Below are positions 17,852-27,785 of a stretch of DNA of 41,918 bases, piece by piece. The notes beneath the pieces are model-generated. The model saw nothing but the letters and a program-made list of their open reading frames with translations, did not search any database and was not told the origin of the DNA. The stretch lies in IMG/VR virus record IMGVR_UViG_3300007255_000002, positions 1 through 41,918 of that record, one strand, 5' to 3'. Numbering within the stretch: the stretch's first letter is position 1; the number at the start of each line of letters is the position of its first letter. The translations under genes were made by a program, and so were the position numbers. This DNA comes from a virus. Lineage: Duplodnaviria; Caudoviricetes.

Positions 17852-18301
17852 ATGCCGTACGCTGACAAAGAAAAACAACGCGCTTATCACCGGGAATACC
17901 AGCAACGTCCCAAGCGAAAGGCCTACAAAAGAGCGTGGCTGGATCAGAATCCGGACAAGCAAGCGGAATACATCAAGCGCCAGCGAGCCCGGATAGAGGC
18001 CGATCCGGAGAAGTACCGGACCTACTTTAGGAACCGCCACATCATCAAAACCTATGGGATCACGCCGGAGCGGTATGCTGAGATGGTGGCCGAACAAGGC
18101 GGTGTGTGTGCGGTCTGCGGTCGATTGCCCAACGGCACGAACCACGTGGAGCAGAACTTGGTGATCGACCACCGCCACGATTCGGGCAAGGTCCGGGGGC
18201 TGCTCTGCAACAACTGCAATTCGGGCATGGGGATGATCGGTGACACGGTGGCACACCTAGAAGCCGCCATGGAGTATCTGAAGAAGTACGGAGGTGGATG
18301 A
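17852..18301 (+). CDS. endonuclease VII-domain (HNH) protein, probable free-standing homing endonuclease
   Basis: YGITPE.Y..M...Q.G.CAVC...LVIDHRHDSGKVRGLLCNNCNSGMG. Confidence 0.9.
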   Translation: MPYADKEKQRAYHREYQQRPKRKAYKRAWLDQNPDKQAEYIKRQRARIEADPEKYRTYFRNRHIIKTYGITPERYAEMVAEQGGVCAVCGRLPNGTNHVEQNLVIDHRHDSGKVRGLLCNNCNSGMGMIGDTVAHLEAAMEYLKKYGGG

Positions 18302-18621
18302 TGGCAAAAGCCAACAGCACGGCACGATCCCTGACTCAGATTTCCGAAACTCAGGGCTGGGACTCAACCAAAGTCTGGGATCAGGACAAGGGGGCTTACA
18401 CCGAGTCCATCCTAGGCTGGGACCATCCTCGTGAGCCGTTCAGTCCCAGCATGGGAGAGATCCCGGGTGGGGTGCCTCAAGCACCGGCAGCAAACACGAG
18501 TGCCGGTCCGACCATGGACGAGAAGGTGACGTTCAACGTTCCGGACGCGGGGCGAGAGTCTAGGGAGAACGGCAAGCCCAAGATGACGCTTTCAGATCCC
18601 GAGCCGGGCAATACCTACTGA
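18298..18621 (+). CDS. hypothetical virion-module protein
   Basis: ORF track; overlaps both neighbours. Confidence 0.65.
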   Translation: MMAKANSTARSLTQISETQGWDSTKVWDQDKGAYTESILGWDHPREPFSPSMGEIPGGVPQAPAANTSAGPTMDEKVTFNVPDAGRESRENGKPKMTLSDPEPGNTY

Positions 18622-18971
18622 TGGGATCGTTCTTCGTTCGGCCCACCGAGAACTTGATGGACAAGGTGGCTAGTCCCGAAGGGTTGGTAGCCCGCAACCC
18701 GGAAGTCGGAGAGCGCCTAGACGCCATCCAGGAGCTTCGGAGCCTCGACGACGGCTCCCTTCATCGAGGGAATGAGTTCCGGCGCGTGGCGAGCCTTGTG
18801 GGGCCCGTAGAAGACCTCCTGAGAGCGATCGAGCCGGAGTTCCTGAGCGACTCGCGTAAGTTCTACGATTGGCTGGACAAGAACCCGCAGTGGTGTACCT
18901 ATCAGCGTCCGACTCGGGCTTGTCGCGCGGCCCAGGTGGCGCGCGACGTTGGTCACATCGGAAAGGAGTAA
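18621..18971 (+). CDS. hypothetical virion-module protein
   Basis: EFRRVAS....FYDWLDKNP pattern typical of genes following SU10-type MCPs. Confidence 0.7.
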   Translation: MGSFFVRPTENLMDKVASPEGLVARNPEVGERLDAIQELRSLDDGSLHRGNEFRRVASLVGPVEDLLRAIEPEFLSDSRKFYDWLDKNPQWCTYQRPTRACRAAQVARDVGHIGKE

Positions 18972-18975
18972 GACG

Positions 18976-19263
18976 ATGGGAGTCAACATCAAGCAGGCCA
19001 AGTATTGTGGCGGTGATCCGCCAGTGCCGACTACGGGTAGTCCTCAGCCGCTGCTCGACACCAGCAACAACAGCGGGGTAGGGCCGGGAGTGAACATCAA
19101 GCAGGCGACTTACAGCGGCTTCCCCGGCAACCCTTCGATGGCTTTCGACATGCCGACTGGAGCTTCGATCCCGACCGATTCGACTGACGTCCAGAATCCG
19201 GAGTCCCACGGCAGCGACCAGACGCCCAAGGACATCTTCCGGAGCCCGGCAACCAATGGCTAG
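18976..19263 (+). CDS. hypothetical protein with duplicated GVNIKQAxY motif
   Basis: AAGGAG RBS; the motif occurs twice. Confidence 0.65.
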   Translation: MGVNIKQAKYCGGDPPVPTTGSPQPLLDTSNNSGVGPGVNIKQATYSGFPGNPSMAFDMPTGASIPTDSTDVQNPESHGSDQTPKDIFRSPATNG

Positions 19264-19486
19264 AGCGGCGATCGTCAAGCGGAAGCCGGTAATCGGCCGA
19301 GTCGGAGGCTACGCTGCTCCGGTAGACACCGTAGGGATGGATGAGGACATGAAGGCGCAGATGACCGGCACGCCCATGAACAAGACCGAGGCGGCCTACG
19401 TCAGCGGCACCAAGCGTCCGAGTGCCGTGGAAGCAGTGAAGCGGGCGCGCAAGGCCAATAAACAGCCATTGCTGAAGCCTCAATGA
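19256..19486 (+). CDS. small basic hypothetical protein
   Basis: ORF track; overlaps both neighbours. Confidence 0.6.
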   Translation: MARAAIVKRKPVIGRVGGYAAPVDTVGMDEDMKAQMTGTPMNKTEAAYVSGTKRPSAVEAVKRARKANKQPLLKPQ

Positions 19487-20781
19487 GCGAGCCGCTAACG
19501 ATCTACACGGCCATCCCTCACGGGGCCTCGGCGAGCTACTACTACCGCTTGACGGTGCCGATCAAGACCGCGGTGGAGTTGGGTTTGGGTATCCGGGCGG
19601 TGGTGGATACCAACGACATGTCGATCCCGCCCGAAGCCCGGATTCAGAACTTCTGCGAGTCGGACGTGGTGCTGATGTACCAGCCGGTGGGCGATGTGCC
19701 GATGGCCAATATCCGCGGGGTGCAGAGCTTCATCCCCTCGAAGCGCGATGGGAAGTGGAAGTGGCCGCCCACGGTGATCTGCGAGACCGACGACAACCTG
19801 TTCAACGTCTCGCCTCTGAACCCGGCATTTAAGAACCTGGGGTTCCGTGACTTGGAGGGCAAGGACATCCCGCCCGGGCATGAGATTGGCGGCATCCAGA
19901 ACGGGGAGCGAAAGATCTACTGGCGGGACGGCGAGGCGGGGTTCGACATCCGCCGCAATCGCCAGATGCTGATGGGCTACCGCCATATCTTGTCGATGGT
20001 GGATGCGGTGACGTGCTCGACCGAAGCCGTTAAAGACTCGGTCTTGAAGGAATGCACCCCCCGCCGGGCGAAGGTATTTCCCAATTTGGTGAGGTTCAAC
20101 GACTACGAACAGGTGGACTTGAAGGAGTCGGAGAAGATCAAGATCCTCTGGCAAGGCGGGGCCGCCCACTTCGAGGACTGGTACCCCCTAAGAGAAGCCT
20201 TGGGCAACATCACCAAGCGCTATCCTCAAGTCCACTGGATCATCTGGGGGGCTCAGTACCACTGGGTAAATGAACTAATGCCGCCCCATCGCTACATCTA
20301 CAAGGACTGGTGTCCCTATAACGAATACCGGCTGAGACTCGCGACCATCGGCCACGACATCGCCCTAGCTCCGCTCCAGGAACATGTGTTCAACCGCTGC
20401 CGGAGTGCCATTAAGTTCTATGAAGCGGCAGTCTTGAAAAAGCCGGCGGCAGTGCTGGCGCAGAACTCCGGAGCCTACAAGCACGAGGTTCAGGACGGCG
20501 AGACGGGGCTGCTGTTCAACGATCCCGAGGAGTTCGAGGCCAAGCTGAGCCTCTTGATCGAAGACACTGCGGAGCGTAAACGGCTCGCGGCCAACGCCAA
20601 GGACTGGGTATCAGAGAACCGCGACGCCCGGAAGAAGGTGCCGGAGTGGGTAGCTTACTGGCGCCAGTTGAGGGAAGACCGCAAGCGCGAGCAGCCGCAC
20701 GTCTCGGACGCTGAGTGGCTGGAGATCGAGGCTGAGGCGACGCGCGAGCAGGAACAGCAAGAGGCCGCAGTAGCCACATAA
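19483..20781 (+). CDS. GT-B fold (GT4-like) glycosyltransferase
   Basis: YYRL.VP, ETDDNL, DAVTCST, WQGGAAH..D, DIALAPL...FNRCRSAIKFYEA, DGETGLL. Confidence 0.88.
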   Translation: MSEPLTIYTAIPHGASASYYYRLTVPIKTAVELGLGIRAVVDTNDMSIPPEARIQNFCESDVVLMYQPVGDVPMANIRGVQSFIPSKRDGKWKWPPTVICETDDNLFNVSPLNPAFKNLGFRDLEGKDIPPGHEIGGIQNGERKIYWRDGEAGFDIRRNRQMLMGYRHILSMVDAVTCSTEAVKDSVLKECTPRRAKVFPNLVRFNDYEQVDLKESEKIKILWQGGAAHFEDWYPLREALGNITKRYPQVHWIIWGAQYHWVNELMPPHRYIYKDWCPYNEYRLRLATIGHDIALAPLQEHVFNRCRSAIKFYEAAVLKKPAAVLAQNSGAYKHEVQDGETGLLFNDPEEFEAKLSLLIEDTAERKRLAANAKDWVSENRDARKKVPEWVAYWRQLREDRKREQPHVSDAEWLEIEAEATREQEQQEAAVAT

Positions 20782-20790
20782 GGAGCCAGG

Positions 20791-21705
20791 ATGGCTCTAT
20801 TTGCTCAGTCTCAGATTCCTTGGGTCTCGGCGGTGCAACGGATTGCAGACGCCGGAGGGGCCTCGGCCGACACCGAGATGACCACCCGCGCCCACTCTTC
20901 CCTAAGAGCGGCCTTCCAGGCTATCGGGTCCAAGGCACGGTGGGACTTCCTCCGAGGGGAATACCCAGTCCAGATCGTTACTGCTCCATTCTCGCTGGGC
21001 ACGGTGTCGGCTACGGCGGGTTCAGCCTATGCCGGAGTTGCTTCTGCTCATGGGATCGCAGTGGACGATATCGTCTCTGCCTCGGGATTCCTCTACGGCA
21101 CCAGAGTCACCGCCACCGCTAGCACTGGGTTCGGCGTCACCGTAGCTCCGACGGCGGGTGGAAGTGCCATTACCGGGACTTTCACTCGGGATATGTACGC
21201 CGCTCCTGCCGACTTCCGAACCGAGTACGGGGCTAAGTTGCTACTGGCTCAACGGCCGCTGATCTACATCAAGCGCCGGCCCTACGACCGCAGCGGGACC
21301 GACGAGTACACCGCTTCCACCCCTTACTGGTACGACCTGTTCATGCTGGGAAGTGCCAGCAAGGTTCGGCTAGTTCCCCCTCCGGGGGGTTCGGACCTCT
21401 TGCAGCAGCGCTACTACCGTAGGTTCACCATCGCCAATACCTCGGGTTCAGGCGCGGTGCTAGACATTCCGGTGGATTACGAAGAAGTTCCGATTGCCTG
21501 GGCCAAGTGGCACTTCCTGACCGACAAGGGAGAGGGGCGGAAGGACCAAGCCACCACCTGGCTGAGCTTAGCTCAAGACGGGCTCAAGAGCATGCTGGCC
21601 GAACAGACCAATCTCCCCGACGATGACCTGACGATGACCCCAGGCCATCTCCCCTTCTGGGTAGATAGCCTCTCGACGAGATGGCTGTCCTGGGATTGGA
21701 CCTAG
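20791..21705 (+). CDS. probable head-tail adaptor with Ser/Thr/Ala-rich inserted domain
   Basis: Position; WDFL, Y..P.DF, .RL.PPP, YYRR, DIP.DYEE motifs. Confidence 0.6.
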   Translation: MALFAQSQIPWVSAVQRIADAGGASADTEMTTRAHSSLRAAFQAIGSKARWDFLRGEYPVQIVTAPFSLGTVSATAGSAYAGVASAHGIAVDDIVSASGFLYGTRVTATASTGFGVTVAPTAGGSAITGTFTRDMYAAPADFRTEYGAKLLLAQRPLIYIKRRPYDRSGTDEYTASTPYWYDLFMLGSASKVRLVPPPGGSDLLQQRYYRRFTIANTSGSGAVLDIPVDYEEVPIAWAKWHFLTDKGEGRKDQATTWLSLAQDGLKSMLAEQTNLPDDDLTMTPGHLPFWVDSLSTRWLSWDWT

Positions 21706-21708
21706 CCC

Positions 21709-24234
21709 GTGACCCGGCACGTCGAGCGGCTTGACGGCGGGCTATGGACAGCGGAAGACGAAACCTTTCTAGAACCGGGCCAACTCACCCAGACTACGAA
21801 CTTGGTCTACCTCCCCGGGGCCCTGGCTTTGAACCGGGCCCGAGGACGTTCGGCGGCCGGTACGGTGACGGGGGCCAGCAACGTCGATGGGCTCCGAGAC
21901 ATCACCTTCGATAACGCCGACGCCTACCTGTTCGCCATGGCGTCGAGCCTCTACCGCTACTCGGCGGTGGGTGACACCCTTACCTTCGCCACCCTGACCG
22001 CGACTCAGGCCGGAAACCAGCTAGAGGTAGTTCACTACCGTAACCGGTTCTTTTTCCTGAACGGGGTCTCAGCCGACGCCTCCAGCACCGGCACCAACCT
22101 AGTCGTCTACCTGAGTGCCACTGCTGCCGCTACAGCTCCTTCTAACCGCCAGCATGGACTTCTTCCCGTAGTTGCCGCTCCAAGTGCTGTGGGATCAGCT
22201 ACGGCGTTCTCACAGACGGTGACGGGCTACTACGAGTATTGGACCACCGAGGTGGCGAAGCTGACCCAGGACGGGGCGACCACCACCTTGGAGAGCGCAT
22301 TCTCTTCCGACACTGGGCCCAGCACTATATTTGTAAGTTCTACCGGCATGGCGCCGATCATCTCGATGCCGACGATTCGCAACCCCATCACCACCCACTG
22401 GCGGGTTTACCGCAGCCCCAAGAAAGACAAGGAGTCGGACAAGAAGTTCCCGACTGGGTTCATGATCGCCGAGCAGGCCACCGGGATGAGCACGGTGACG
22501 GACGGCAGCACCACGTCCTCCGCTTCGGCTTCGGCCACCAACTTCAACTCCTCGGGGAACTTCTTCGACTGGACCAATGCTACCAATCTGACTACGGCCG
22601 GGGGTGCGGCGTTTGCTTCGGCTTCGGGCGGGTCGATCCTGACTCCGCAGCAGCAGGGCATCTTCGGTTTCAACTTCGGAGGTTTCGCGGGGAACGTCAA
22701 AGGCATCCAAGTCGGGATGCAGGCGTACATCTCGGGTGGAGTGACGGCCGGTGGTACGCCAGTCCAAGCCACTATCGGTGTTCGGGATTCTACCGGAGGT
22801 TTCAAGCAACGCGGCACGCTGCTCGATCCCGATACCGCTTCCAAGTCGGGAGTAGTGACGGCCACCGGCGCTGGAATCCAAACCATCACGCTCGGAGGAT
22901 CGACCGATCGCTGGTTCGGCACCAACTTCGGAGTCCTAGCCGATTCCGAGTTCGACGGCAACTTCATGCTCATGCTGTCGATGAACAAGATCGGCACCAC
23001 CCTGGGAGTCCGGCGTCCTACGGTCACGGTCTACTACGGCGCCACGGTAGACTCGGCGGTTCAGTACCCGGCCGTGATCTATACCTTCGGCGACATCTCC
23101 GCCCAGGTATCGAAGAATCATCCACCCCCCAATGCCAGCACCGGAGACTTGTTCCAGGATCAATTAGTTCTGAACGACGTCTCGAACCCGAGCCTCATTC
23201 GCTGGAGCTTTCCTGGAGAACCGGAGTCTTTCCCGCCCACCTACTTCCTGGACTTCGAGACCCGCGAGAACGACCAAGTAAGACTCATCAAGGTGGTGAA
23301 CGAGGTTCTGATCGTGGCTCTCGACGCTTCGACTTGGGCCATCAACTACCTTCCCTCGGAGCGCGACTCCAGCTTCGACCGTGGCAAAGCGATGCGCGCC
23401 ATCAGCACCACCTATGGTTGCTTCAACCCCATGTGCTACGCGGTGTTCTCTCCCGATGGGACGACCGAGACCCTGGCCTTCGTCTCCGATTCCGGCATCC
23501 ACGGCACCGATAGCAACACGCTCCGCACCTACACCGAAGGGTTGGACTGGAGCGGGATCATCAGCCGGACGGTTACCAGCGCCCCGATCTGCCTCATCAA
23601 CGACCGGGAGCGCAAGGAGTTGCTGTTCTTCTACCGCAATGACTCGTTGGGCAACGAGACCTTCATGTGCCTGCACCTGAGCTACGCCGCCGAGCACATG
23701 ACGAATGGCCAGTTGAAAATCTCTGGGCCAGTTCACATGCGAAACTTCGACTCCGTCGGAGGGGGGTTCGCGAGTTTCGAGTCTGCCTGGCCGGTGCAGC
23801 GCTCGACTGGAGCGACCGACATCTACCTGGGCTTCGGCGGCGCGAGTGCGGCACCCGGGGCGGGAGTCGTCTACCGCGAGACCGGGACCACGATCCCGAC
23901 CCAGGACAGCACGGCGAAGTGGGCGAGCCGGAGGATGTACCTGGCCGGCTTGGGCAACGAGTGGATCGCCCGAGACCTCTACGGCTACACCGGGAGTTAC
24001 TCCGGTGCTCCAGCCATCACTTACACCCTCATCAACACCAAGACCGACGACTCGGGGCCGACAACCGTCTCGACCAAGAGCGTTACTCTTGCCGGCCAGA
24101 AGCTTCACAAAGTGAGTCCCAGAGCGATGTGTGAGGGACTCCAGGTAACGGCCCAGATCACCGCCAGCGCCTACTCCCAGGAGTCTTTCATCATCGACGG
24201 TGAAGACTGGGGCGAGGAAGACTCGGGCCGATGA
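21709..24234 (+). CDS. probable tail nozzle / DNA stabilisation protein (P22 gp10-like)
   Basis: 841 aa beta-rich protein; LDGGL N-terminus, ITHWRVYRS, IRWS.PG.PESFP, GC...AFVSDSGI; position after adaptor. Confidence 0.65.
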   Translation: MTRHVERLDGGLWTAEDETFLEPGQLTQTTNLVYLPGALALNRARGRSAAGTVTGASNVDGLRDITFDNADAYLFAMASSLYRYSAVGDTLTFATLTATQAGNQLEVVHYRNRFFFLNGVSADASSTGTNLVVYLSATAAATAPSNRQHGLLPVVAAPSAVGSATAFSQTVTGYYEYWTTEVAKLTQDGATTTLESAFSSDTGPSTIFVSSTGMAPIISMPTIRNPITTHWRVYRSPKKDKESDKKFPTGFMIAEQATGMSTVTDGSTTSSASASATNFNSSGNFFDWTNATNLTTAGGAAFASASGGSILTPQQQGIFGFNFGGFAGNVKGIQVGMQAYISGGVTAGGTPVQATIGVRDSTGGFKQRGTLLDPDTASKSGVVTATGAGIQTITLGGSTDRWFGTNFGVLADSEFDGNFMLMLSMNKIGTTLGVRRPTVTVYYGATVDSAVQYPAVIYTFGDISAQVSKNHPPPNASTGDLFQDQLVLNDVSNPSLIRWSFPGEPESFPPTYFLDFETRENDQVRLIKVVNEVLIVALDASTWAINYLPSERDSSFDRGKAMRAISTTYGCFNPMCYAVFSPDGTTETLAFVSDSGIHGTDSNTLRTYTEGLDWSGIISRTVTSAPICLINDRERKELLFFYRNDSLGNETFMCLHLSYAAEHMTNGQLKISGPVHMRNFDSVGGGFASFESAWPVQRSTGATDIYLGFGGASAAPGAGVVYRETGTTIPTQDSTAKWASRRMYLAGLGNEWIARDLYGYTGSYSGAPAITYTLINTKTDDSGPTTVSTKSVTLAGQKLHKVSPRAMCEGLQVTAQITASAYSQESFIIDGEDWGEEDSGR

Positions 24235-26114
24235 GACGCTTCGTTCCGCTTCAGCCCAGCACCATGCCGCCGCTCGACGATCAGACGGCGCAGCCCTGGA
24301 TCATCGAGCGCTTCTTCCGCATCCAGCACTTCCTCGAAGACTCCCAAGCCGCTTTCCAGAGAATCACCTTAGGCCAGGCTCCCAACGGTTCAGGGGACTC
24401 GATTCCGGTGGGTTTCGCGGGGTTGCTCAAGGACTACCTCTACCTCCCAGGACGCACCGCTGAGGGCAACACCGTCATCGGGCTCGACGCCAGTCCATCG
24501 GTAGTAATCCGGAGCGGCGGGGACCCTCCCGTCGATGGGGCTCTCGGCAATCCCCCGCTACGGCTGAGCATGGGGGCCACGGGACTTCTGGACTTCCGTC
24601 CCTTTAACTTCGGCGGGACGTTCGAGGTGGCCCTTACTGGACCTACGGGCGCCGGACTCCCGGTCTTCTTCCCGTCCTCCGATGGGACCTCGGGCTTTCG
24701 CATCACCTCGACCACCAATCGGACTTTCCTCCAGTGCGGGCTGAGACTCATCAGTGGGAACGTCCAGAACGACTCGATGACGGTAGGGGCGGCGGGGGCA
24801 CGAGTCGGGACTACGATCGCCTACGAGTTCAAGAACATCACCATGAGCAACTCGTCTTCACAGATGGGGGACGGTTCAGCGATCACGGTCGGAACCACGA
24901 GGGTTGGGGTTGGAGTGCGTCCTGACGACTATAGTGGTGCGGGCTGGGCAGTGCCGTTTGTGGCGCGGTCGACCCAAACCAGCACTCCGGCGATCAATGG
25001 CGAGGTGAACGCCGACTTTGCCGCTGCCATCGGAGTTGCGCTCCGTGCTCCCAGCACCGGATTCTCTCCTAACAAGGTGCTAGGCCCGATTCTAGCGACG
25101 CTGGAGGAAGACCGCACCAACACCACCTATGGGAGTTTCGGACTCTACAACTCCGGGACATGGCGCGGAAGTTTGACGCTTCAATCGGCGGGCGGGGCTG
25201 ACCGCTTGACGTTGGTGGACGGTTCGAGCCGGCTTCTTTACCAGGGAGTGGTGGCGGCGGCGTTTGCCGACTCGGCTTCAAGCACCGTGGAAATCTTCGG
25301 CGATACTCAGTCCTCGAACCGTCACGTCACGCTCTCTTCGGCAGGAGGTAACAAGTTCAGTCGGCTTGGCATCTCGGCGACCAGCGTCATTCTGGGCCCG
25401 GCCACTATCGGAGTGCTTCCGGCGCCGGTTTCGAGTCGGATTCTGACGGTCGTGGATGCTACCGGAGCAGTGCTGGACTACGTTGGGCTCAACGGCGAAC
25501 TCTCGATTACTCCCAATGCGGATGTCATCTCGCTGCTGGTTCAACCGAGTACGGGGGCTGTTTCTCAGACTTTTCAAGTCAACGACGATGCTTCTGTGGC
25601 GGCATTTGCGGTTAAAAATGATCCCGGCGATCTGACCCAAAGCGTTTTTTGCCGCCGCTTGAGGATTGACAATAATACCGGGATCGCGGGTGGAACTAGT
25701 GCGATCCTCAATACCTCCGGCATCATTACTGCTGATCGGACTTTTTCTTTTCCGGACGCCAATGGCCAGTTCCTAATCCGAGTCGGAAGCGTCGCGGTAG
25801 CACCTCGGACCACCGCCACCAGCGGAACCATCATCACCACGGCACTCAACGCTTCTCCATCTACCTGGCTCATCAATGGCTACGGCAACTGTACGGTGGC
25901 CGGAACCGGAAACGTTCAGGTTAGCATATTGTTTACCGACAATGTCGGAGCCAAAACCCTGGTAGCGGCGACCATCGACATGACCACTACCACCAATCCC
26001 ACCGGGACCTTTAGCGTTGCGGTTCGCACTGCCGCCGCAACGGCTATCACCTATTCCACTACCGTCGTCACTACCGGGACTTACAGCTTGGTCATTCGTG
26101 GGAGCCAGCTCTAA
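24231..26114 (+). CDS. tail fibre/spike-like protein
   Basis: 627 aa Gly/Ser/Thr-rich; TADRTFSFPDANG motif. Confidence 0.65.
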   Translation: MRRFVPLQPSTMPPLDDQTAQPWIIERFFRIQHFLEDSQAAFQRITLGQAPNGSGDSIPVGFAGLLKDYLYLPGRTAEGNTVIGLDASPSVVIRSGGDPPVDGALGNPPLRLSMGATGLLDFRPFNFGGTFEVALTGPTGAGLPVFFPSSDGTSGFRITSTTNRTFLQCGLRLISGNVQNDSMTVGAAGARVGTTIAYEFKNITMSNSSSQMGDGSAITVGTTRVGVGVRPDDYSGAGWAVPFVARSTQTSTPAINGEVNADFAAAIGVALRAPSTGFSPNKVLGPILATLEEDRTNTTYGSFGLYNSGTWRGSLTLQSAGGADRLTLVDGSSRLLYQGVVAAAFADSASSTVEIFGDTQSSNRHVTLSSAGGNKFSRLGISATSVILGPATIGVLPAPVSSRILTVVDATGAVLDYVGLNGELSITPNADVISLLVQPSTGAVSQTFQVNDDASVAAFAVKNDPGDLTQSVFCRRLRIDNNTGIAGGTSAILNTSGIITADRTFSFPDANGQFLIRVGSVAVAPRTTATSGTIITTALNASPSTWLINGYGNCTVAGTGNVQVSILFTDNVGAKTLVAATIDMTTTTNPTGTFSVAVRTAAATAITYSTTVVTTGTYSLVIRGSQL

Positions 26115-26950
26115 TGCCCGGCTTCTATACCTCGGACTTCTACCTCTACGATCCCGCCGATCCGACTAAGCAATTGAAATTCAACACTTCGGCGCTGCTT
26201 ACCAGCCAACTCGTTTCGATCACGGTCCCCAATATCACGAGCGGCTGGACGCTGGCTTTCAAGGAAAAGAACAACAGCTTCACTGTCGGTCAGAGCATCG
26301 ACGGCGCGAACGCCATGGCAGTAACGGGCGGCGCTGGGGTTCCGTTAACGATCAATGCCGATGCCGCCCAGAGCGTGGACTTGCTCCGAGTCTACAATCC
26401 TTCAGCGGCGTTGACATTTAGCCTCGACAACAACGCCAAGGTATCGCTCGCCACCCTATTGACCGGCGGCTTACTCATCAGTTCCGGCGGCAGCGATGCC
26501 CTGGCCTTCGATACCTCTGCGATGACCGCCACGCGGACTTGGACAACCACCAAGTATCAGGGTGTCCCAGTAATCTCCGGGGATACGGCGCCAGCCTCCT
26601 TGGCTTCAGGGAAACTTGGCAAGGTCAATCTCACCGGCCAAGCCGGAGACATCGCTTCAGCTAACCTCACCTTCTCACCCTCGACGGGCGTTTACGTCAT
26701 CGACGCTATCCTGGAGGACACGGCTTCAGACATAACAGCGGGCATCGTGACCGTGACGTTTGCTTGGACCGACGATGCCGGAGCGACGACTGATGCCACG
26801 CTGACCCAGACCCTCACCGCAACGGGTAGAAACCGGATCACGATCCCGCTCTGGCTCCAATCGGGGAACATCAGTTACTCGACGGCTCACACCGGAATCT
26901 TCGGGACTGCGACCTATGCGCTTAGAATCCGTGTTACGGCACTAGGCTAG
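26114..26950 (+). CDS. tail fibre-like protein
   Basis: D..D.TKQLKF..S motif, Thr-rich beta protein; TAATG overlap. Confidence 0.62.
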   Translation: MPGFYTSDFYLYDPADPTKQLKFNTSALLTSQLVSITVPNITSGWTLAFKEKNNSFTVGQSIDGANAMAVTGGAGVPLTINADAAQSVDLLRVYNPSAALTFSLDNNAKVSLATLLTGGLLISSGGSDALAFDTSAMTATRTWTTTKYQGVPVISGDTAPASLASGKLGKVNLTGQAGDIASANLTFSPSTGVYVIDAILEDTASDITAGIVTVTFAWTDDAGATTDATLTQTLTATGRNRITIPLWLQSGNISYSTAHTGIFGTATYALRIRVTALG

Positions 26951-26958
26951 GAGGCGAG

Positions 26959-27162
26959 ATGTCTCAATTCGTGGTCCGAATCATCGCTGTAACCACTAAC
27001 GGACCCTACGCTTACTCGCTCTTCAAAGACGGGGTGGGGCTGATCGACCGAAACGCTCAAACCATGATCGGAGCCGCGCTCGATAACGTGAAGGCCGACA
27101 TCGCCGCCAATCTCGGGGGCCAGTCGGTGACGATCGTCAACATGACGGTAAGCTCTGCTTAG
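26959..27162 (+). CDS. small hypothetical protein
   Basis: AGGAGG RBS. Confidence 0.6.
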   Translation: MSQFVVRIIAVTTNGPYAYSLFKDGVGLIDRNAQTMIGAALDNVKADIAANLGGQSVTIVNMTVSSA

Positions 27163-27224
27163 GGAAAGCTGTTGAGGCGCGGCTCCTAGAGTCATAGGCT
27201 AGCGCCGGTTCAAGGAGGAACGAC

Positions 27225-27785
27225 GTGCCACCGCAACTTCTCGCCGCACTTCTAAGTTTCGCTCCGGGGCTGATCTCCAGCCTGTTCGGCAACCCCCAAC
27301 AGAAACTTCGGCGCCAGATCAACCAACTGACTTCTGCTGGGAACGTGGGCAAAGTCACCAATCAGTTCTACCAGCAAGGACTTGCGAGTCCGGCCTACTC
27401 TCAGGCTCAGGGCAACATCGCTGCCGGAGCGAACCAGACCAGCAACCAGGTAGCAGGCAACCTCGCCGCCCGAGGTATCGGGACCTCCGGCACCGGGGCC
27501 ATCCTCTCGGGGCTGACTCCTTCCCTCGTAGGATCGCAGCAGGCGGGCCTACGCTCGTCCACCTACGCCGGAGCCCAGAACCAGGCCCAGCAGTCCATCC
27601 AGCAGCAGATCGCGGCTCTGACAGGAACTCAGGGGCCTTCCCAGACGCAGCAGTATTTCGCCGGTGGCTTGGAGGCATTGATGCCCTACCTCCAGAAATT
27701 GCTCTCAGGTGGGACGTTGGGAGGGGGCGCGGGGCTGACGATGGGCCAGCCGGGGTTCACCTATCCTTACGCTGGCGGCCGGTAG
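27225..27785 (+). CDS. probable internal virion / DNA ejection protein
   Basis: Gly/Ala/Gln-rich, LAARGIGTSG motif, AAGGAGG RBS, podoviral position. Confidence 0.6.
   Translation: MPPQLLAALLSFAPGLISSLFGNPQQKLRRQINQLTSAGNVGKVTNQFYQQGLASPAYSQAQGNIAAGANQTSNQVAGNLAARGIGTSGTGAILSGLTPSLVGSQQAGLRSSTYAGAQNQAQQSIQQQIAALTGTQGPSQTQQYFAGGLEALMPYLQKLLSGGTLGGGAGLTMGQPGFTYPYAGGR

Noticed and set aside
22239-23513. Long alternative-frame ORF (424 aa) and other antisense ORFs within late genes
   Set aside because: Arg/His-rich shadow frames expected in GC-rich coding DNA, with no recognisable motifs.
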